Shown piece after piece: positions 17,225-35,939 of a stretch of DNA of 64,000 nucleotides. The notes under the pieces were generated by a model. The model saw only the letters and a list, made by a program, of their open reading frames with translations. It was not told where the DNA came from and made no database searches. Position numbers and translations under genes: made by a program. Source of the stretch: the human T2T-CHM13v2.0 reference genome, Homo sapiens. The stretch is from assembly GCF_009914755.1 (NCBI RefSeq), contig NC_060938.1. One strand, given 5' to 3'. Each line of letters starts with the position of its first letter. The stretch's first letter is position 1.

Positions 17225-17819
17225 TTAAACCTAAGACCTCAAACTATAAAACCACTACAAGAAAACATTGGGGAAACTCTCCAGGACATGGACTGGGAAA
17301 ATGTACCTTGAGTAATACCCCATAAGCACAAGCAACCAAGCCAAAAAATGGACAAATGGGATCACATCAAGTTAAAAAGCTTCTGCACAGCAAAGGAGAC
17401 AATCCACAAAATGAAGAGACAGCCCACAAAATAGGAGAAAATATTTGCAAACTATCCATCTGCCCAGGGATTAATAACTAGAATATGTAAGGCACTCAAC
17501 TCCATAGAAAACAATCTAATCATCCAATTTAAAAAATGGGCAAAAGATCTGAGTAGGTATTTCTCAAAAGAAGATATATAAATGGCAAACAGGCATATGA
17601 AAAGGTGCTCAACTTCACTGATCATCAGAGAAATGCAACTCAAAACTACAATGAAATATCATCTCACCCCAGTTAAAATGGCTTTTATCCAAAAAACAGG
17701 AAATAACCAAATGACAAGGATATGGAGAAAGAGGAACCCTCATATACTATTGGTGGGAATGTAAATTAGCCAACCACTATGGAGAATAGTTTAGAGGTTC
17801 CTCAAAAAACTAAAAATAG

Positions 17820-18119
17820 GGCCGGGCACGGTGGCTCATGGCTGTAATCCCAGCACTTTGGGAGGCCGAGGTGGGCAGATCACGAGGTCAGGAAATCGAG
17901 ACCATCCTGGCTAACACGGTGAAACCCCATCTCTACTAAAAATACAAAAAATTAGCTAGGCGTGATGGCGGGCGCCTGTAGTCCCAGCTACTGGGGAGGC
18001 TGAGGAGGGAGAATGGCGCGAACACAGGAAGCGGAGCTTGCAGTGAGCCGAGATTGAGCCATTGCACTCCAGCCTGGGGGACAGAGTGAGACTCCATCTC
18101 AAAAAAAAAAAAAAAAAAA
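17820..18119 (+). mobile_element. AluY-like
   Basis: Full dimer; TSD aaaaaactaaaaatag. Confidence 0.93.
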
Positions 18120-18459
18120 CTAAAAATAGAATTGCCATAATGATCCAGAAATGCCACTGCTAGGTACATACCCAAATGAAAGGAAATCAGTATATCAAAG
18201 AGATATCTGCATCACCATGTTTATTCTAGCACTATTCGCAATGCCCCAGATTTGGAAGCAATCTAAGTTTCCATCAACAGATGAATGGATAAAGAAAATG
18301 TGGTACATATACACAGTGGAGTACTATTTGGCCATTAAAAAAGAATCAGATCCTGTCATTTGCAACAACATGTATGAAACCAGAGGTCATTATGTTAAGT
18401 GGAATAAGCTAGGCACAGAAAGACAAATTTTGCATGTTCTCACTTATTTGTGAGAGCTA

Positions 18460-18541
18460 TTAGATTAGTGCAAAAGTTATCGCGGTTTTCACCATTACTT
18501 TTAATGGCAAAAAAGTAATGATTACTTCTGCACCAACCTAA
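18460..18541. mobile_element. MADE1 (Hsmar1 MITE)
   Basis: ~80-bp imperfect palindrome ttagattagtgcaaaagt...acttctgcaccaacctaa flanked by TA on both sides. Confidence 0.9.
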
Positions 18542-18715
18542 TAAAAATTAAAACAATTGAACTCATGAGAGATAGAATAGAATAATGGTTACCAGAGGCT
18601 GGGAAGGGTAGTCTGGGGCAGGGGGGGATGGTTATTGGGTACAAAAATATAGTTAGATAGAATGAATAAGATACAATATTTGAGAGCACAACAGGGTGAC
18701 TACAGTCAACAATAA

Positions 18716-19031
<316 letters not shown>

Positions 19032-19286
19032 TAAATAAGAGAGTATAATTGGATTGTTTGTAACACAAAGAAAAGGATAAATGCTTGAGGTGATGGATAC
19101 ACCATTTACCCTGAGGTGATGATTACATGTTGTTTACCTATACCAAATATTTTATGTACCCCATAAATATATCCACCTACCATGTGCCCACAAAAATTAA
19201 CAATTAAAAAAAAAATCTTATGTTATTAGAAGCTGGAGTGATGCCAAGGAAAGTATTTAGATTTAGTGATTAAGATATTGGGCTTT

Positions 19287-19605
<319 letters not shown>

Positions 19606-19731
19606 TCAGACTTGCAGTGTTTGCTGGGTAACACTGAGCAAATTACTCAACCTCTTGAAGCCTTAGTGTCCTCGTCTATAAAATAGAAATAATTACAGCA
19701 TCTACTTTGTACAGATAAAATAATTTTGTTA

Positions 19732-20064
<333 letters not shown>

Positions 20065-22657
20065 TTAATGAATAATTATAGGGCTCATCAAATTGCTAAG
20101 TACATAAGCAATAATTGTTGACTAACTGTGACAGTTAATGCTCTTCATATCTAGGTCCTATGAAAACAGGTACCATAAAAAGGAAAGAGCTCTCCTGGTA
20201 TGCTTGCACACACAGTGCTTTGTGAACCCTCTAGCTGAGTCCAACACCAAGCTCCAAGGTGCAAGGACATTCTTCCTCACCTCACAGATGCCACACAGCT
20301 CTGGCTCTGTGAAAACTCTGGGACATCAGGGGCAATGTCAGGATGCAAGACTCAGACACATAGCACTGGGACCAAACGAGACAGCAGGACCCAAAGAGGA
20401 CTCTATGGAGGTGGCAAAACAGTAGCAATGGCAGGCTGGAGAGTGTTAATTGATGAGCACATGGTGGATGCCTCCTGGGACTCCCAGAAATATTTTATAT
20501 GGTGAAGTCCTGCTGGAGTGGGTGAGATAAGAGCCAGTGTCATTCCAGTCATTATGATTGCTGTGATTCCATTTCTACTAATAGTAAGATATCTTGGATC
20601 ATATGTAAGACGTTGCCTAAGAACCAGTTATCATCATGTTGCAATCGACATCATCTTTGACAACAAGAGGCCACACGTTTCGTAAGACAACCAAAACGTG
20701 CTGCCTTGTTTAAATATAAGGAGTCTTCATTTTCCTGTACCCAAGAAATGTTTAATATAGTTTTATTTAGGCAATAAATCTATGCAAACTCAAATACAAA
20801 TATGGGTTCAGATTGTAATATTTGAAGTACTCCCAAGCAAAAAAGCCAGTGGGAAAAACGTATAAATATGCATACTTGTGGCAGGGCTGAACATCAGGAA
20901 ATAAGATCTTCTCTTCTTGCAGCAGCTGCTTTCACATGTTAATATTAAATCCAGTATTATTCATGATCCAATACTTTATATGCTAGTGGGCTCTCACTTC
21001 AGACAAGCCAGAAGCAAAAAGAGCTTGACTCTGAGGGTTCCATAAATTCATAAGTGATGATGCGTTTAAATGAGGGGGATCCAAACTATCCCATCCTCAT
21101 TTCTACTACTGACTAAGGTATCCATCAACCCTGGGACATATAGAAAAATTAGTTTTGGTTTCTCCTAACATGGTTTGCCTAGAAGTTTGCTCAACTATGC
21201 TTGGAGAATGAGACAGTTTGAAGTATTCCAGAGGTCACCAATAACACACATTTATATTTCTCTCAAATTGATTAAAAGGGAGACCAAATGTCTTGGCTAA
21301 AGAAAGAGCTGACTCTCTACTAAATTTTTAGAAGAAAACTCCTTTTAGCCATTCCGGAGCTCTTTGAAATCAAAAGGGATGTACAAGGCCACTGCTTTTG
21401 TAGATAACAAATTCGTTCAGTAAAAGAAAGACTGCACATCTGACAAGGAAAAAATGCCATGCTCAAGAGAAGATGAACTTTTACCATATTTCATTATAGA
21501 AGACCACAATGAAAGAAAAATGACCTCATCAATCCCACTCCAGGAGCTCTGGTGGGGCTAAGCAGAAAGGAGAAAGCCACTGGAACTGGCTCCTGTCATA
21601 CGAGTTGCATCCATCAATCCAAGGCAGCTTCAGAGAGATGCATGCAGTCACAGCTGACAGAGGATAAGTCACAATTATCAAGAACTTATTAGCTATTGTT
21701 CTAGAATTTAAAACAGTCATTTGCCTCTATAGGGTAGCAATCAATTGCTTTGTATGGGCTACAACTTATAAGGCCAAGGTCAAAATATGGTGATGGAAAA
21801 TTGGGTTACATATCATAAATCCCCCAGCACCAATTCTTCTGATCTGAATGAAAGTGCTGTAAACTATTAATCCTGAAGACACTATTAATCCAGAAGTTTG
21901 TGGGAAATATAACAGAATCCAAAATCATAGTGAACTTTCTGATGGATAATACATTATAGCAGAACAACCTCAAAAAGACTGAAGTTTTTTCACTTGATAA
22001 GAAGAAAATTGAATTCACCCTGCCTTGATGCACATGGTTAATTCTTCAGACCAGCAAGTACTCATCAAAAAGGAGGAAAAGATACTTTATAGAAGAAAGA
22101 TTCTCTCATTTTTCCTCCTCTTCTCTTGCTATGATCCTTAAGAACCCATGCCCTAAATGAATGGGAAAGGGTCACAAGCAGCAGATATCATGAGTTTGGC
22201 ACTGACTAATTCTGTCATAGTGTCTTTTTGTCTCTATAACTAATTTCTGAACAAAAACAAAAACAAAAAAAAACTATGAAAAAAAGAGAAACGAATTATA
22301 ATTCTAAACTTCCCAAATAAAAGATGTGTTGTAACTTTTTAGAATTGTAAGAAAACATTAACAATTAGTAAATCTAGGTAACAACTATATATGTGTTACT
22401 TGTACCATGTTTCAACTTTTCAGAATGACTGAAAATATTTCAATTAAAAGTTATTTTTTAAAATCTTCTCATGGCTAGTACTATAGTAGAAGTAGCTGTG
22501 ATTTGATCCATGAATAATTTTGTGTACTCTGTGTATTTCCGGTTTTCTTACAGAATAGTTATGTGAATTTTTATTAGCATAATAAATGGTTTCTATTTTT
22601 ATGTATACTGAAGTTTTTATACCTAGCATTGTACCAACAAGAATTCTTTTTCATTTT

Positions 22658-22946
22658 CTTTTTTTTTTTTTTTTTTCAGACTGAGTCTCACTGTGTCACC
22701 CAGGCTGGAGTGCAGTGGCATGATCTTAGCTCGTCCAACCTCTGCCTCCCAGGTTCAAGTGATTCTCCTGCCTCAGCCTCCCAAGCAGATGGGATTACCG
22801 GTGCATGCCACCACCATGCTGGCTAATTTTTTTGTATTTTCAGTAGAGACAGGGTTTCACCGTGTTGGCCAGGCTGGTCTTGAACTCCTGACCTCAAGTG
22901 ATCCACCCACCTCAGCCTCCCAAAGTGCTGGGGTTACAGGCATAAA
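22658..22946 (-). mobile_element. AluS
   Basis: Reverse dimer with poly-T. Confidence 0.9.
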
Positions 22947-23234
22947 CCTAGAAGCACATGGGCATGAAAACTTCCAAAGTTTCACATTTTACCACTTGGC
23001 AATCTCCCACTGCTTTTCCCCTCTATTGTTGGACGCTATTGTCTACTAAAGTGACCCATGGAAAATGCTAGGCTTATCATTTTTCACTACATCTCAAAGT
23101 CTTACTAGCCTACATATATTTCTAATTACTGAGTGACACTTTGTCTGCTCTGGTATTCTTTCAGTTGTTAAGTATAATTTTTTTGCCAGAATATTGTGAT
23201 GTATCACACCAACATGTCAAATTATAATATGGTG

Positions 23235-23545
23235 GATACTGGTGGTTTAGGGAGTAGGAGTGAGTGATGAGATGGTCAATGGATACAAAATTTCAATTCA
23301 ATAGGAGAGATAAGTTCAAGAGATCTACTGTGCAACATGATGACTATAGTTAATAACAATTTATTGTATTTTGAAAAACATTATGAGAATAGATTTTAAG
23401 TGTTCTTATCATAAAATATGATAAGTGAGATAATGTATATGTTAATTAGCTTGATTGAGCCATTCCACAATGTATACATTTTCAAAATGCCATGTTGTAC
23501 GCAACAAATATAAGCAATTTTGTCAATTAAAAATAAAATAAAAAA
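23235..23545 (+). mobile_element. Old L1MA-type 3' end fragment
   Basis: ataagttcaagagatctactgt...gttaattagcttgat...cattccacaatgtatacat, then A-rich end. Confidence 0.7.
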
Positions 23546-23796
23546 CTCTGATTGCACTGCTATTTGTCATAAGTTTTTAAAAATCACAATACTTTTATGT
23601 ATCCTAGGCTTAATTACTTTTTTATATTTATGCTGACAAAATAATAGTAAAAATAGAGAAGAATCTTAAGGGGAAAAATGTTCTGGAAATATGGTTTCTT
23701 CTGCCAGCTAAACTTTATAGTAAATAATATAAGTGGGCTTTTACTTTCCAGGCTCCTAACTAAAAGATTATTTCAGGAAACCCTTTTTAAAAATTA

Positions 23797-24216
<420 letters not shown>

Positions 24217-24419
24217 TTAACAGCAAAAGAGAGTCCTCAGCAACCCAAAAGGTGGGCAGCTGGTCTGTAGATCAAGGAGAGATATTTAATAGCTCCACAA
24301 GTTGATGGTGACCTATGAAGCAAAAGAAGATTTATGGTAGCTCACCAGTACTAAGATACGGGTCCTGCTAAAGAAAAAATCCAGATCCAAACCACAAAAC
24401 ATTTAAGACCTGTAGTAAA

Positions 24420-25900
24420 CTAAAACTTCAAAATTTTGCATATCCAGCTCAGCAACAGATCAAATTGACTCTCTCCCCACTCTAGGAGGGTGATATACAA
24501 AGGGTGTGCTGCTTTCTGAAGGTAAATATTATTTATTTCAATCTCTACTATCTTTTATATTAAGTGCCCAGAATGCAATTAAAAATCACAAGACATATAA
24601 AAACAAGAAAATATGATGTATGGTCATAAAAAAATCAATAAAAACAAACACAGAGATGTGGCAGATGTTGAAATTATCAGACTGAGATTTTAAGATAATT
24701 ATAGTTAAAATATCTATTGGGAAAAATAGACAAAATGTTTGAAGAAATGGAGAATTTCAAGAGAGATATAGAAACTATAAAAAGAAAACCCAAATGGAAA
24801 TGCTAGAAAGGAAAGTTACGGCATCATAAGTGAGGAGTTCATTAGATGTGTGTAAGAGCAGATAAAACAAAGCAGAGGATGGGATCATGGAGCCAGAAAA
24901 CAGGTCAATATAAGCACCCAACTGAAGCACAAAGAGGAAAGAAAAGTGAGGGAAAAAAAAAAAAGAAGAACAGATTTGTGGAACAATATCAAATGGTTCA
25001 ACATACATGTAATTGGAGTTCCAGTGGCAGAGACAGGAGAACATGAGGCATAAGAAATATTTAAAGAGATATTAGCAAAGAACTTTTCTAACTTGATAAA
25101 AGACAGCAATCCAAAGGTTCAAAATTTTTCATACATTCCAAGCAGAATAAATGTAAAGAACTCATGCAGACATATCAAAATGAAACTTCTGAAAATCCAA
25201 AGTATAAAGCAGATCTTTAAAAGTGCAGCCTGCTGGGCACAGTGGCTCACACCTGCAATCCCAGCACTTTGGGAGGCTGAGGCATGAGGAGCTGTTGAGC
25301 ACAGGATTTCAAGACTTGATGTGGGCAACACAGCAAGACCCCTTTTCTACAAAAATTAAAAAACAAATTAGTTGGGCATGGTGGCATGCACCTATAGTCC
25401 TAGCTACTTTGGAGGTTGAAGTGAAAGAATGGCTTGAGCCCAGGGATTCAAGGCAGTAGCGAGCTATGAATGTACCACTGCACTCCAGCCTGGCTGACAG
25501 AATGAGAACCTGTCTTTAAAAAAAAAAAAAAAAGTGCAGCCAGAAAAGGGGGCTGGTAAATACATCAAAATCATATACAGGTGGGAAAAGATACAAGCAA
25601 AGGCTGACTTTCCCTCAGACGTAATGAAAGTCAGATGACACGGAGAAATATATTGAAAGTACTAAAAGAAAAAGAACTGTCAGTCTAGAATTCTCTATTC
25701 AGTGAAAATACACTTCAAAAATTAAGAAAAAATAAAGACATCCTTAGAAAGATAAAAGCTGAGAGAATTTGTCTCCATAGCTCTTCATTATAAGAAATGT
25801 GGAAGGCAGTTCTTCAGGCTGAATCTTCAGGCTGAAGGGAAATAAAATCTGGTAGAAATCCAGTACTGTAGAAAGAAATAAAGAGCAAGAGGGTAAATTA
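24420..25900 (+). mobile_element. Ancient L1M ORF1 region
   Basis: A-rich ORF1-like sequence (aacatacatgtaattggagttcca; tagaattctctattcagtgaaaatacacttc). Confidence 0.65.
25232..25533 (+). mobile_element. AluJ-like
   Basis: Diverged dimer; TSD aaaagtgcagcc. Confidence 0.9.
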
Positions 25901-27080
25901 TTTGAGTAAATTTTTTTAAATGGTACTTTATCTTATATATTTTCTCCTTAAATTTATTTAAAATGTCATCAATTTTTTTCCAATTTTTTCATGTGGTAAA
26001 ACACATAACATAAAATTTACTATCTTGATTTCTAAGGGTGATATCAGCAAAACAATGGAATAGAAGTTTCCAGTGCTTTGAATGTGGCTTTAAAGATTAG
26101 AAAAAAAAGAAAAGACATTTCCAGTGCTCATTCCCTCACAGAAACATCAATTTAGACGACCATCAATGCACAAAAATAATTTCACAAGAGCTACAGAATC
26201 CAGGTGAGAGTTTACAGCACCTAAGTAAGATATATAAATAAGAAAAGATGCATTGAAGAGAGTCAGAAGGACAATTTCACATTACTCACTTCACTCCTAC
26301 CTTAAGCCCACATAGCGCAGCATGGAGAGAGATAGCCTCTGTGTGGAGAAGGAGAGTAAACTGAGCACCTAATTTTAATTTTACTGCAGACCCCAACACC
26401 AGGGTTACCCCAGTGAACATAAGGACTAGGCTGGCCCTCATGCACCCAGGCTCCAGACTGGCCTCTGCAGCCCCAGGTACCAGGCCAGTACCTATGAAGC
26501 AAAGCTCTAGGCTGGCACCTGTGGGCCTAGGTTCTAGGGCCACACCAGTATCAAGCCAGCCTCCATGACCTCAGGCCCCAGGCTTTTCTCCTACAGACCC
26601 AGGATTCAGGCTTGCTCCTGCAAACTCAAGCTCCAAGTCAATTCCAGCACCAGGCCACCCTTGCAGACCCAGGCTCTAGACCTACACCAATAGACTCAAA
26701 TTCCTGACCTACCCCAAGGCCCACCGCAGGCCAGCTCTTGTAGATCTGGGTACCAGGCCCATTTGCCCACTGACGTAGGCATTTGGCCAGCTCACCCAAG
26801 GACTCAATCAGCAAACCTGTTCATAGACTCTGCCAGCCCAGAACCTCTGGACAGTTTAACTGGTGAAGGGCTTTCTCTGACAAAGCCAGTCTGTTAAGAC
26901 TGGAGGAGGTATCTACTTCAGACACAGAGACACCAACATAAGAACACAAAGATCATAAATAATCAAGGAAACATGACACCACCAAGGGAACAAAATAGAG
27001 CACCAGAAACAAACCCTAAAGAAATGGAGATCTACAACCTGCCTGATAAAGAATTCAAAACAATCATCTTTAATGAGTTC

Positions 27081-27375
27081 AGACCAGGCTCAGTGGCTCA
27101 AACCTGTAATCCCAGCACTTTGGGAGGCCAAGGCGAGTGGATCACTTGAGGCCAGGAGTTCGAGACAAGCCTGGCTAATGTGCCAAAACATTTCTACTAA
27201 AAATACAAAAATTAGCTGGGTATGGTGGCATGCACCTGTAATCCTAGCTACTTGGGAAGCTGAGGCACAAGGATCACTTGAACCCTGGAGGTGGAGGTTG
27301 CAGTGAGCTGAGATCATGCCACTGGACTCCAGCCTGAGCAACAGAGCAAGACTCCGCCTCAAAAAAACAAAAATA
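27081..27375 (+). mobile_element. AluS
   Basis: Full dimer. Confidence 0.9.
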
Positions 27376-27430
27376 AAGAAGTTCAGTGAGCTACAAGAGA
27401 ACACAGATAGGCAACTAAACAAAATTAGGA

Positions 27431-27724
27431 GGCCAGTTGTGGTGGCTCATGCCTGTAATCCCAACATGTTGGGAGGCCAAGACAGGCAGATTGCTGAGTC
27501 CAGAAGTTTGAGACCAGCCTGGGCAACATGGTAAAATCCTGTCTCTACAAAAAATACAAAAACTTAGCCAGGCACGATGGCACATGCCTGTATTCTCAGC
27601 TACTCAGGAGGCTGAGGCGGAAGAATCACCTGAGCCCAGGACGTCAAGACTGCAGTGAGCTGTGACCCTGCCACTGCACTCCAGCCTGGGTGACAGAGTG
27701 AGACTCTGTTAAAAAAAAAAAAAA
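27431..27724 (+). mobile_element. AluJ-like
   Basis: Diverged dimer. Confidence 0.9.
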
Positions 27725-28060
27725 GGAAAACAATACATGAACAAAATTAGAAGTTCAAGAAAGATATAGAAACCATAAAAAAGAGCCAAACAGATGGTCT
27801 GGAGCTAAAGAATGTAACAATTAACTGAAAAATTCCATTGAGAGCTTCAATAGCAGTCTCAATAAAGGAGAACAAAGAATAAGTGAGCATATAAACAGGT
27901 CATTTAAAATTACCCAGAGGAACAAAAAGAAAAAATTATTTAAATAGAGTGAAGAAGGTCTACAGGACTTACTGGATACCATCAAGTAAACAAATATACA
28001 ATTGTGGTAGGCCAAGAGGAGCAGAGAAAGGGGCAGAAAGCTTATTTAAAGAAACAATGG

Positions 28061-29431
28061 GTCTCTACAAAAGATTTTTAAAGCCCTCTCCCCTCTCCCC
28101 TCTTCCCTCTCCCCTCTCCCCTCTCCCCTCTCCCTCTCCGTCTCCCCACGGTCTCCCTCTCCCTCTCTTGCCACGGTCTCCCTCTGATGCTGAGCCGAAG
28201 CTGGACTGTGCTGCTGCCATCTCGGCTCACTGCAACCTCCCTGCCTGATTCTCCTGCCTCAGCCTGCCGAGTGCCTGCGATTGCAGGCGCGCGCCGCCAC
28301 GCCTGACTGGTTTTTGTATTTTTTTGGTGGAGACGGGGTTTCGCTGTGTTGGCTGGGCTGGTCTCCAGCTCCTAACCACGAGTGATCCGCCAGCCTCGGC
28401 CTCCCGAGTTGCCGGGATGGCAGACGGAGTTGCGTTCACTCAGTGCTCTATGGTGCCCAGGCTGGAGTGCAGTGGCGTGATCTCGGCTCGCTACAACCTC
28501 CACCTCCCAGCTGCCTGCCTTGGCCCCCCAAAGTGCCGAGATTGCAGCCTCTGCCCGGCCGCCACCCCGTCTGGGAAGTGAGGAGCGTCTCTGCCTGGCC
28601 GCCCATCGTCTGGGATGTGAGGAGCCTCTCTGCCTGGCTGCCCAGTCTGGAAAGTGAGGAGCGTCTCTGCCCGGCCGCCATCCCATCTAGGAAGTGAGGA
28701 GCATCTCTGCCCAGCCGCCCATCATCTGAGATGTGGGGAGCACCTCTGCCCCGACGCCCCATCCGGGAGGTGAGGGGCGCCTCTGCCCGGCTGCCCCTAC
28801 TGGGAAGTGAGGAGCCCCTCTGCCCGGCCACCACCCCATCTGGGAGGTGTACTCAACAGCTCATTGAGAACAGGCCATGATGACAATGGCGGTTTTGTGG
28901 AATAGAAAGGGGGGAAAGGTGGGGAAAAGATTGAGAAATCGGATGGTTGCCGTGTCTGTGTAGAAAGAGGTAGACATGGGAGACTTTTCATTTTGTTCTG
29001 TACTAAGAAAAATTCTTCTGCCTTGGGATCCTGTTGATCTGTGGCCTTACCCCCAACCCTGTGCTCTCTGAAACAAGTGCTGTGTCCACTCAGGGTTGAA
29101 TGGATTAAGGGTGGTGCAAGATGTGCTTTGTTAAACAGATGCTTGAAGGCAGCATGCTCGTTAAGAGTCATCGCCACTCCCTAATCTCAAGTACCCAGGG
29201 ACACAAACACTGCGGAAGGCCGCAGGGTCCTCTGCCTAGGAAAACCAGAGACCTTTGTTCACTTGTTTATCTGCTGACCTTCCCTCCACTATTGTCCTAT
29301 GACCCTGCCAAATCCCCCTCTGCGAGAAACACCCAAGAATGATCAATAAAAAAAATAAAATAAAAAATAAATAAATAAATAAATAATAAAAAAAATAAAA
29401 AAAGAAAAAAAAGAAAAAAAGAAAAAAAAAA
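28061..29431 (+). mobile_element. SVA retrotransposon (C/D-like)
   Basis: CCCTCT-type repeats from 28084, antisense Alu-like domain, short GC-rich VNTR (~28550-28845), SINE-R ending aagaatgatcaataaa, A tail; TSD aaagaaacaatgg at 28048-28060 and 29432-29444. Confidence 0.97.
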
Positions 29432-29506
29432 AAAGAAACAATGGCAGAAACCTTCCCAAATCTGGAGAGGAAAATGAATATCCAGATCCATATAATAATA
29501 ATATGA

Positions 29507-29803
29507 GGCTAGGCTTAGTGGCTCACGCCTGTAATCCCAGCACTTTTTGGGAGGCCAAGGCCAGGGGATTAACTGAGATCAGAAGTTTCAGACCAGCTGG
29601 CCAACATGGAGAAACCCCGTCTCTACTAAAAATACAAAAATTAGCTGGGCATGGTGGCAGACTCCTGTAATCCCAGCAACTTGGGAGGCTAAGGCAGGAG
29701 AATCACTTGAACCCAGGGGCAGAGGTTGCAGTGAGCCAAGATCACATCATTGTACTCCAGCCTGGACGATAAGAGCAAAATTCTGTCTCAAAAAAAGAAA
29801 AAA
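29507..29803 (+). mobile_element. AluS
   Basis: Full dimer. Confidence 0.9.
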
Positions 29804-29851
29804 GGAATACCAAGAACACCCAAGTAGATTAAATATAAAAAGTTATTCACT

Positions 29852-30153
<302 letters not shown>

Positions 30154-30404
30154 TTATTCACCTACACAAATTTATAATCAAATTTCCAAAAAGTCAAAGA
30201 CAAAAAGAACTTTGAAAGCAATGAGAGAAAAGCAACTCATCACATACAAAAGAACCTGTATAAAACTATCAGGAGGTTTATCAGCAGAGACCTTAAAGGC
30301 CAGGAAAGAGTGAGATAATATATTCAAAGTGCTAAAAGAAAAAAAATGCCAACCAAGAATACTACACCTGGCAAAGCTGTCCTTCAGATATGAAGGAACG
30401 ATAA

Positions 30405-30750
<346 letters not shown>

Positions 30751-31041
30751 CACCCTACATCTGTCTTACAAAAAAAACGCTAAAAGGATTCCTTCAAGTT
30801 GAAACAAAAGGATACTAACAAACAACACGAAAACTATGAAAGTATAAAACTCACTGTTAAGGTAAGAGTATAATCAAATTCACAATACTCTAATACTGTA
30901 ATGGGAGTGTATAAATAGCTTTTAACTCAAATATAAGTTAAAAGACAAAACTATTAAAAATAAATATGTAATAATTTGTTAATGGATACATAATTTTAAA
31001 ATGTAAGTTGTGACACCAATAACATAAAATACAGGGGAAGG

Positions 31042-31398
<357 letters not shown>

Positions 31399-31841
31399 TC
31401 AGCTTAAAATAAACTGTTATAAGATGTTTAATGTAAGTCGCATAATAACCACAAAATAAAAAACTTGTAATATATGCACAAAAGATAAAGGAATCAAAGC
31501 ATAACACTATATATATTTTGTAGTGGTATGCTTTGATTCCTTTATCATATATATATATATATATATATATAATCACAAAGGAAGGGAACAAGCAAGAAAG
31601 AAAGGAACAAAAGAAATACAGTCAGAAAACAATTAACAAAATCACAATGGTAAGCTGTTACCTAGAAATAATTAAGTATAAATGGATTAAATTCACTAAT
31701 CAAAAGACACAGAGGGGCTGAATGGATAAAAAATAAAAACAATATTCAACTATAAGCTGCCTACAAGAGACTCACTTTAGCTTTAAGGACCTACATGGGC
31801 TGAAAGTGAAGGAATGGAAAAAGATATTGTATTAAAATGGT

Positions 31842-32108
31842 AGACTGGGTAAAATGGCTCACACCTATAATCCCAGCACTTTGGAAGACTGAGGCGGAGG
31901 ATCACTTGAGCACAGGAGTTTGAGACCAGCCCTGGCAACATAGTGAGATTCCATCTCTACAAAGTATTAAAAAATTAGCTGGGCATGGTGGCAGGCACCT
32001 GTAGTCCCAGCTACTCTGGAGGCTGAGGTGAGAGGATTGCTTGAGCCTGGGAGGTCAAGGCTCCAAGTAAGCCATGATCATGCCACTCTCACACATACAA
32101 AAAAGAAA
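31842..32108 (+). mobile_element. AluJ-like, 3'-truncated
   Basis: Diverged dimer. Confidence 0.85.
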
Positions 32109-32472
32109 ATGGTAATCAAAAAAGAGTAGGAGTAGCAATTCTTATATCAGACAAAATAGAATTTAAGTGAAAAACTGTAAAAAGAGACAAAGAAGGTTGT
32201 TATGTAACAATAAAAGGGTCAATGCATCAAGAGGATATAACAACCATAAATATATATGTACCCAGCATCAGAGCACCTAACTATATAAAGCCAATATTAA
32301 CAGAATTGAAGGGAGAAATAGCAATACAATAATAGTAGACTTCAATATCCTACTTTTAACAATGTACAGATCATCTGGAAAGAAAATCAATAGTTAAACA
32401 GCAAACTTGAACAGCACCATAGACCTAATACACATATGCAAAACATCCCATCCAACAGCAGCAAAATACACA

Positions 32473-34253
<1,781 letters not shown>

Positions 34254-34349
34254 AATACACATGCTTCTTAAGTACATAGAACATTCTCCAGTATGGATCA
34301 TATGTTAGTCCACAAAACAAGCCTTAACAAATTCAAGAGGATTGAAATC

Positions 34350-34760
<411 letters not shown>

Positions 34761-35169
34761 TTAAACAACACACTCCTGAAAAGCTCTCAAATAAGCAAAC
34801 TATTAATAACTTTACACCTCAAGGAACTAGAAAAAGAACAAACTAAACCCATGGTCAGCAGCAGGAAGGAAATAATAAAGATCAGAGCAGAAATAAATAA
34901 AATAGAGACTAGAAAAACAATAGAAAAGAAAAACTAAGTAGGTTTTTGAAAAGAAAAGTAAAATGGACAAGCCTTTAGCTAGACTAAGAAAAAAGAGAGA
35001 TGACTCAAATAAATAAAATCAGAAATAAAAGAGGAAACATTATAACTGATACCACAGAAATACAAGTGATCATAAGAAATTGCCATGAAGAATTATATGC
35101 CAACAAATTTTTAGAATTTTTCAATATATTATAAACATCTTTTCAAATTATTTCAGATAGCGTTATCTA

Positions 35170-35489
<320 letters not shown>

Positions 35490-35939
35490 ATCTAATTCTT
35501 TTAATAAATAATTTTATGGCATTTCATTGTATAGATGTACTATAATTTACCTATCAATCCCTATGATGGACATTTGAAATGTTTCCAATTTTTCACGATT
35601 AAAAGCAAGGCTGTAGACGCATACGTTACTGATAGGATTATAAATTAGCATAATGGAATGGATAAACAAATTGCTGTGCATAGCCATAAAATGGAATAGG
35701 ATATACAACAATGAAAATGAATGAATTACACCTACATATAACAGCAGGATAAGTTATAAAAACATAAGCAAAAGAAGCAAGATGCAAAAGAATATGTGAA
35801 GCATTTTCTATTTATATAAATTTCAAAAATAGGCAAAACCAAAATATATTATTTTATGGGTACACACACGGGTGATAGAAATCTAAACAAATGGAAGAAA
35901 ATCATTTTCACAAAGTCAAGATTGTGGTTACCTATAGAG

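Noticed and set aside
20100-22250. Repeat-poor stretch with short ORFs
   Set aside because: No recognisable protein, RNA gene or convincing exon structure by eye.
26420-26800. Degenerate C-rich tandem repeats
   Set aside because: Typical of old L1M 5' UTRs and directly upstream of its ORF1.
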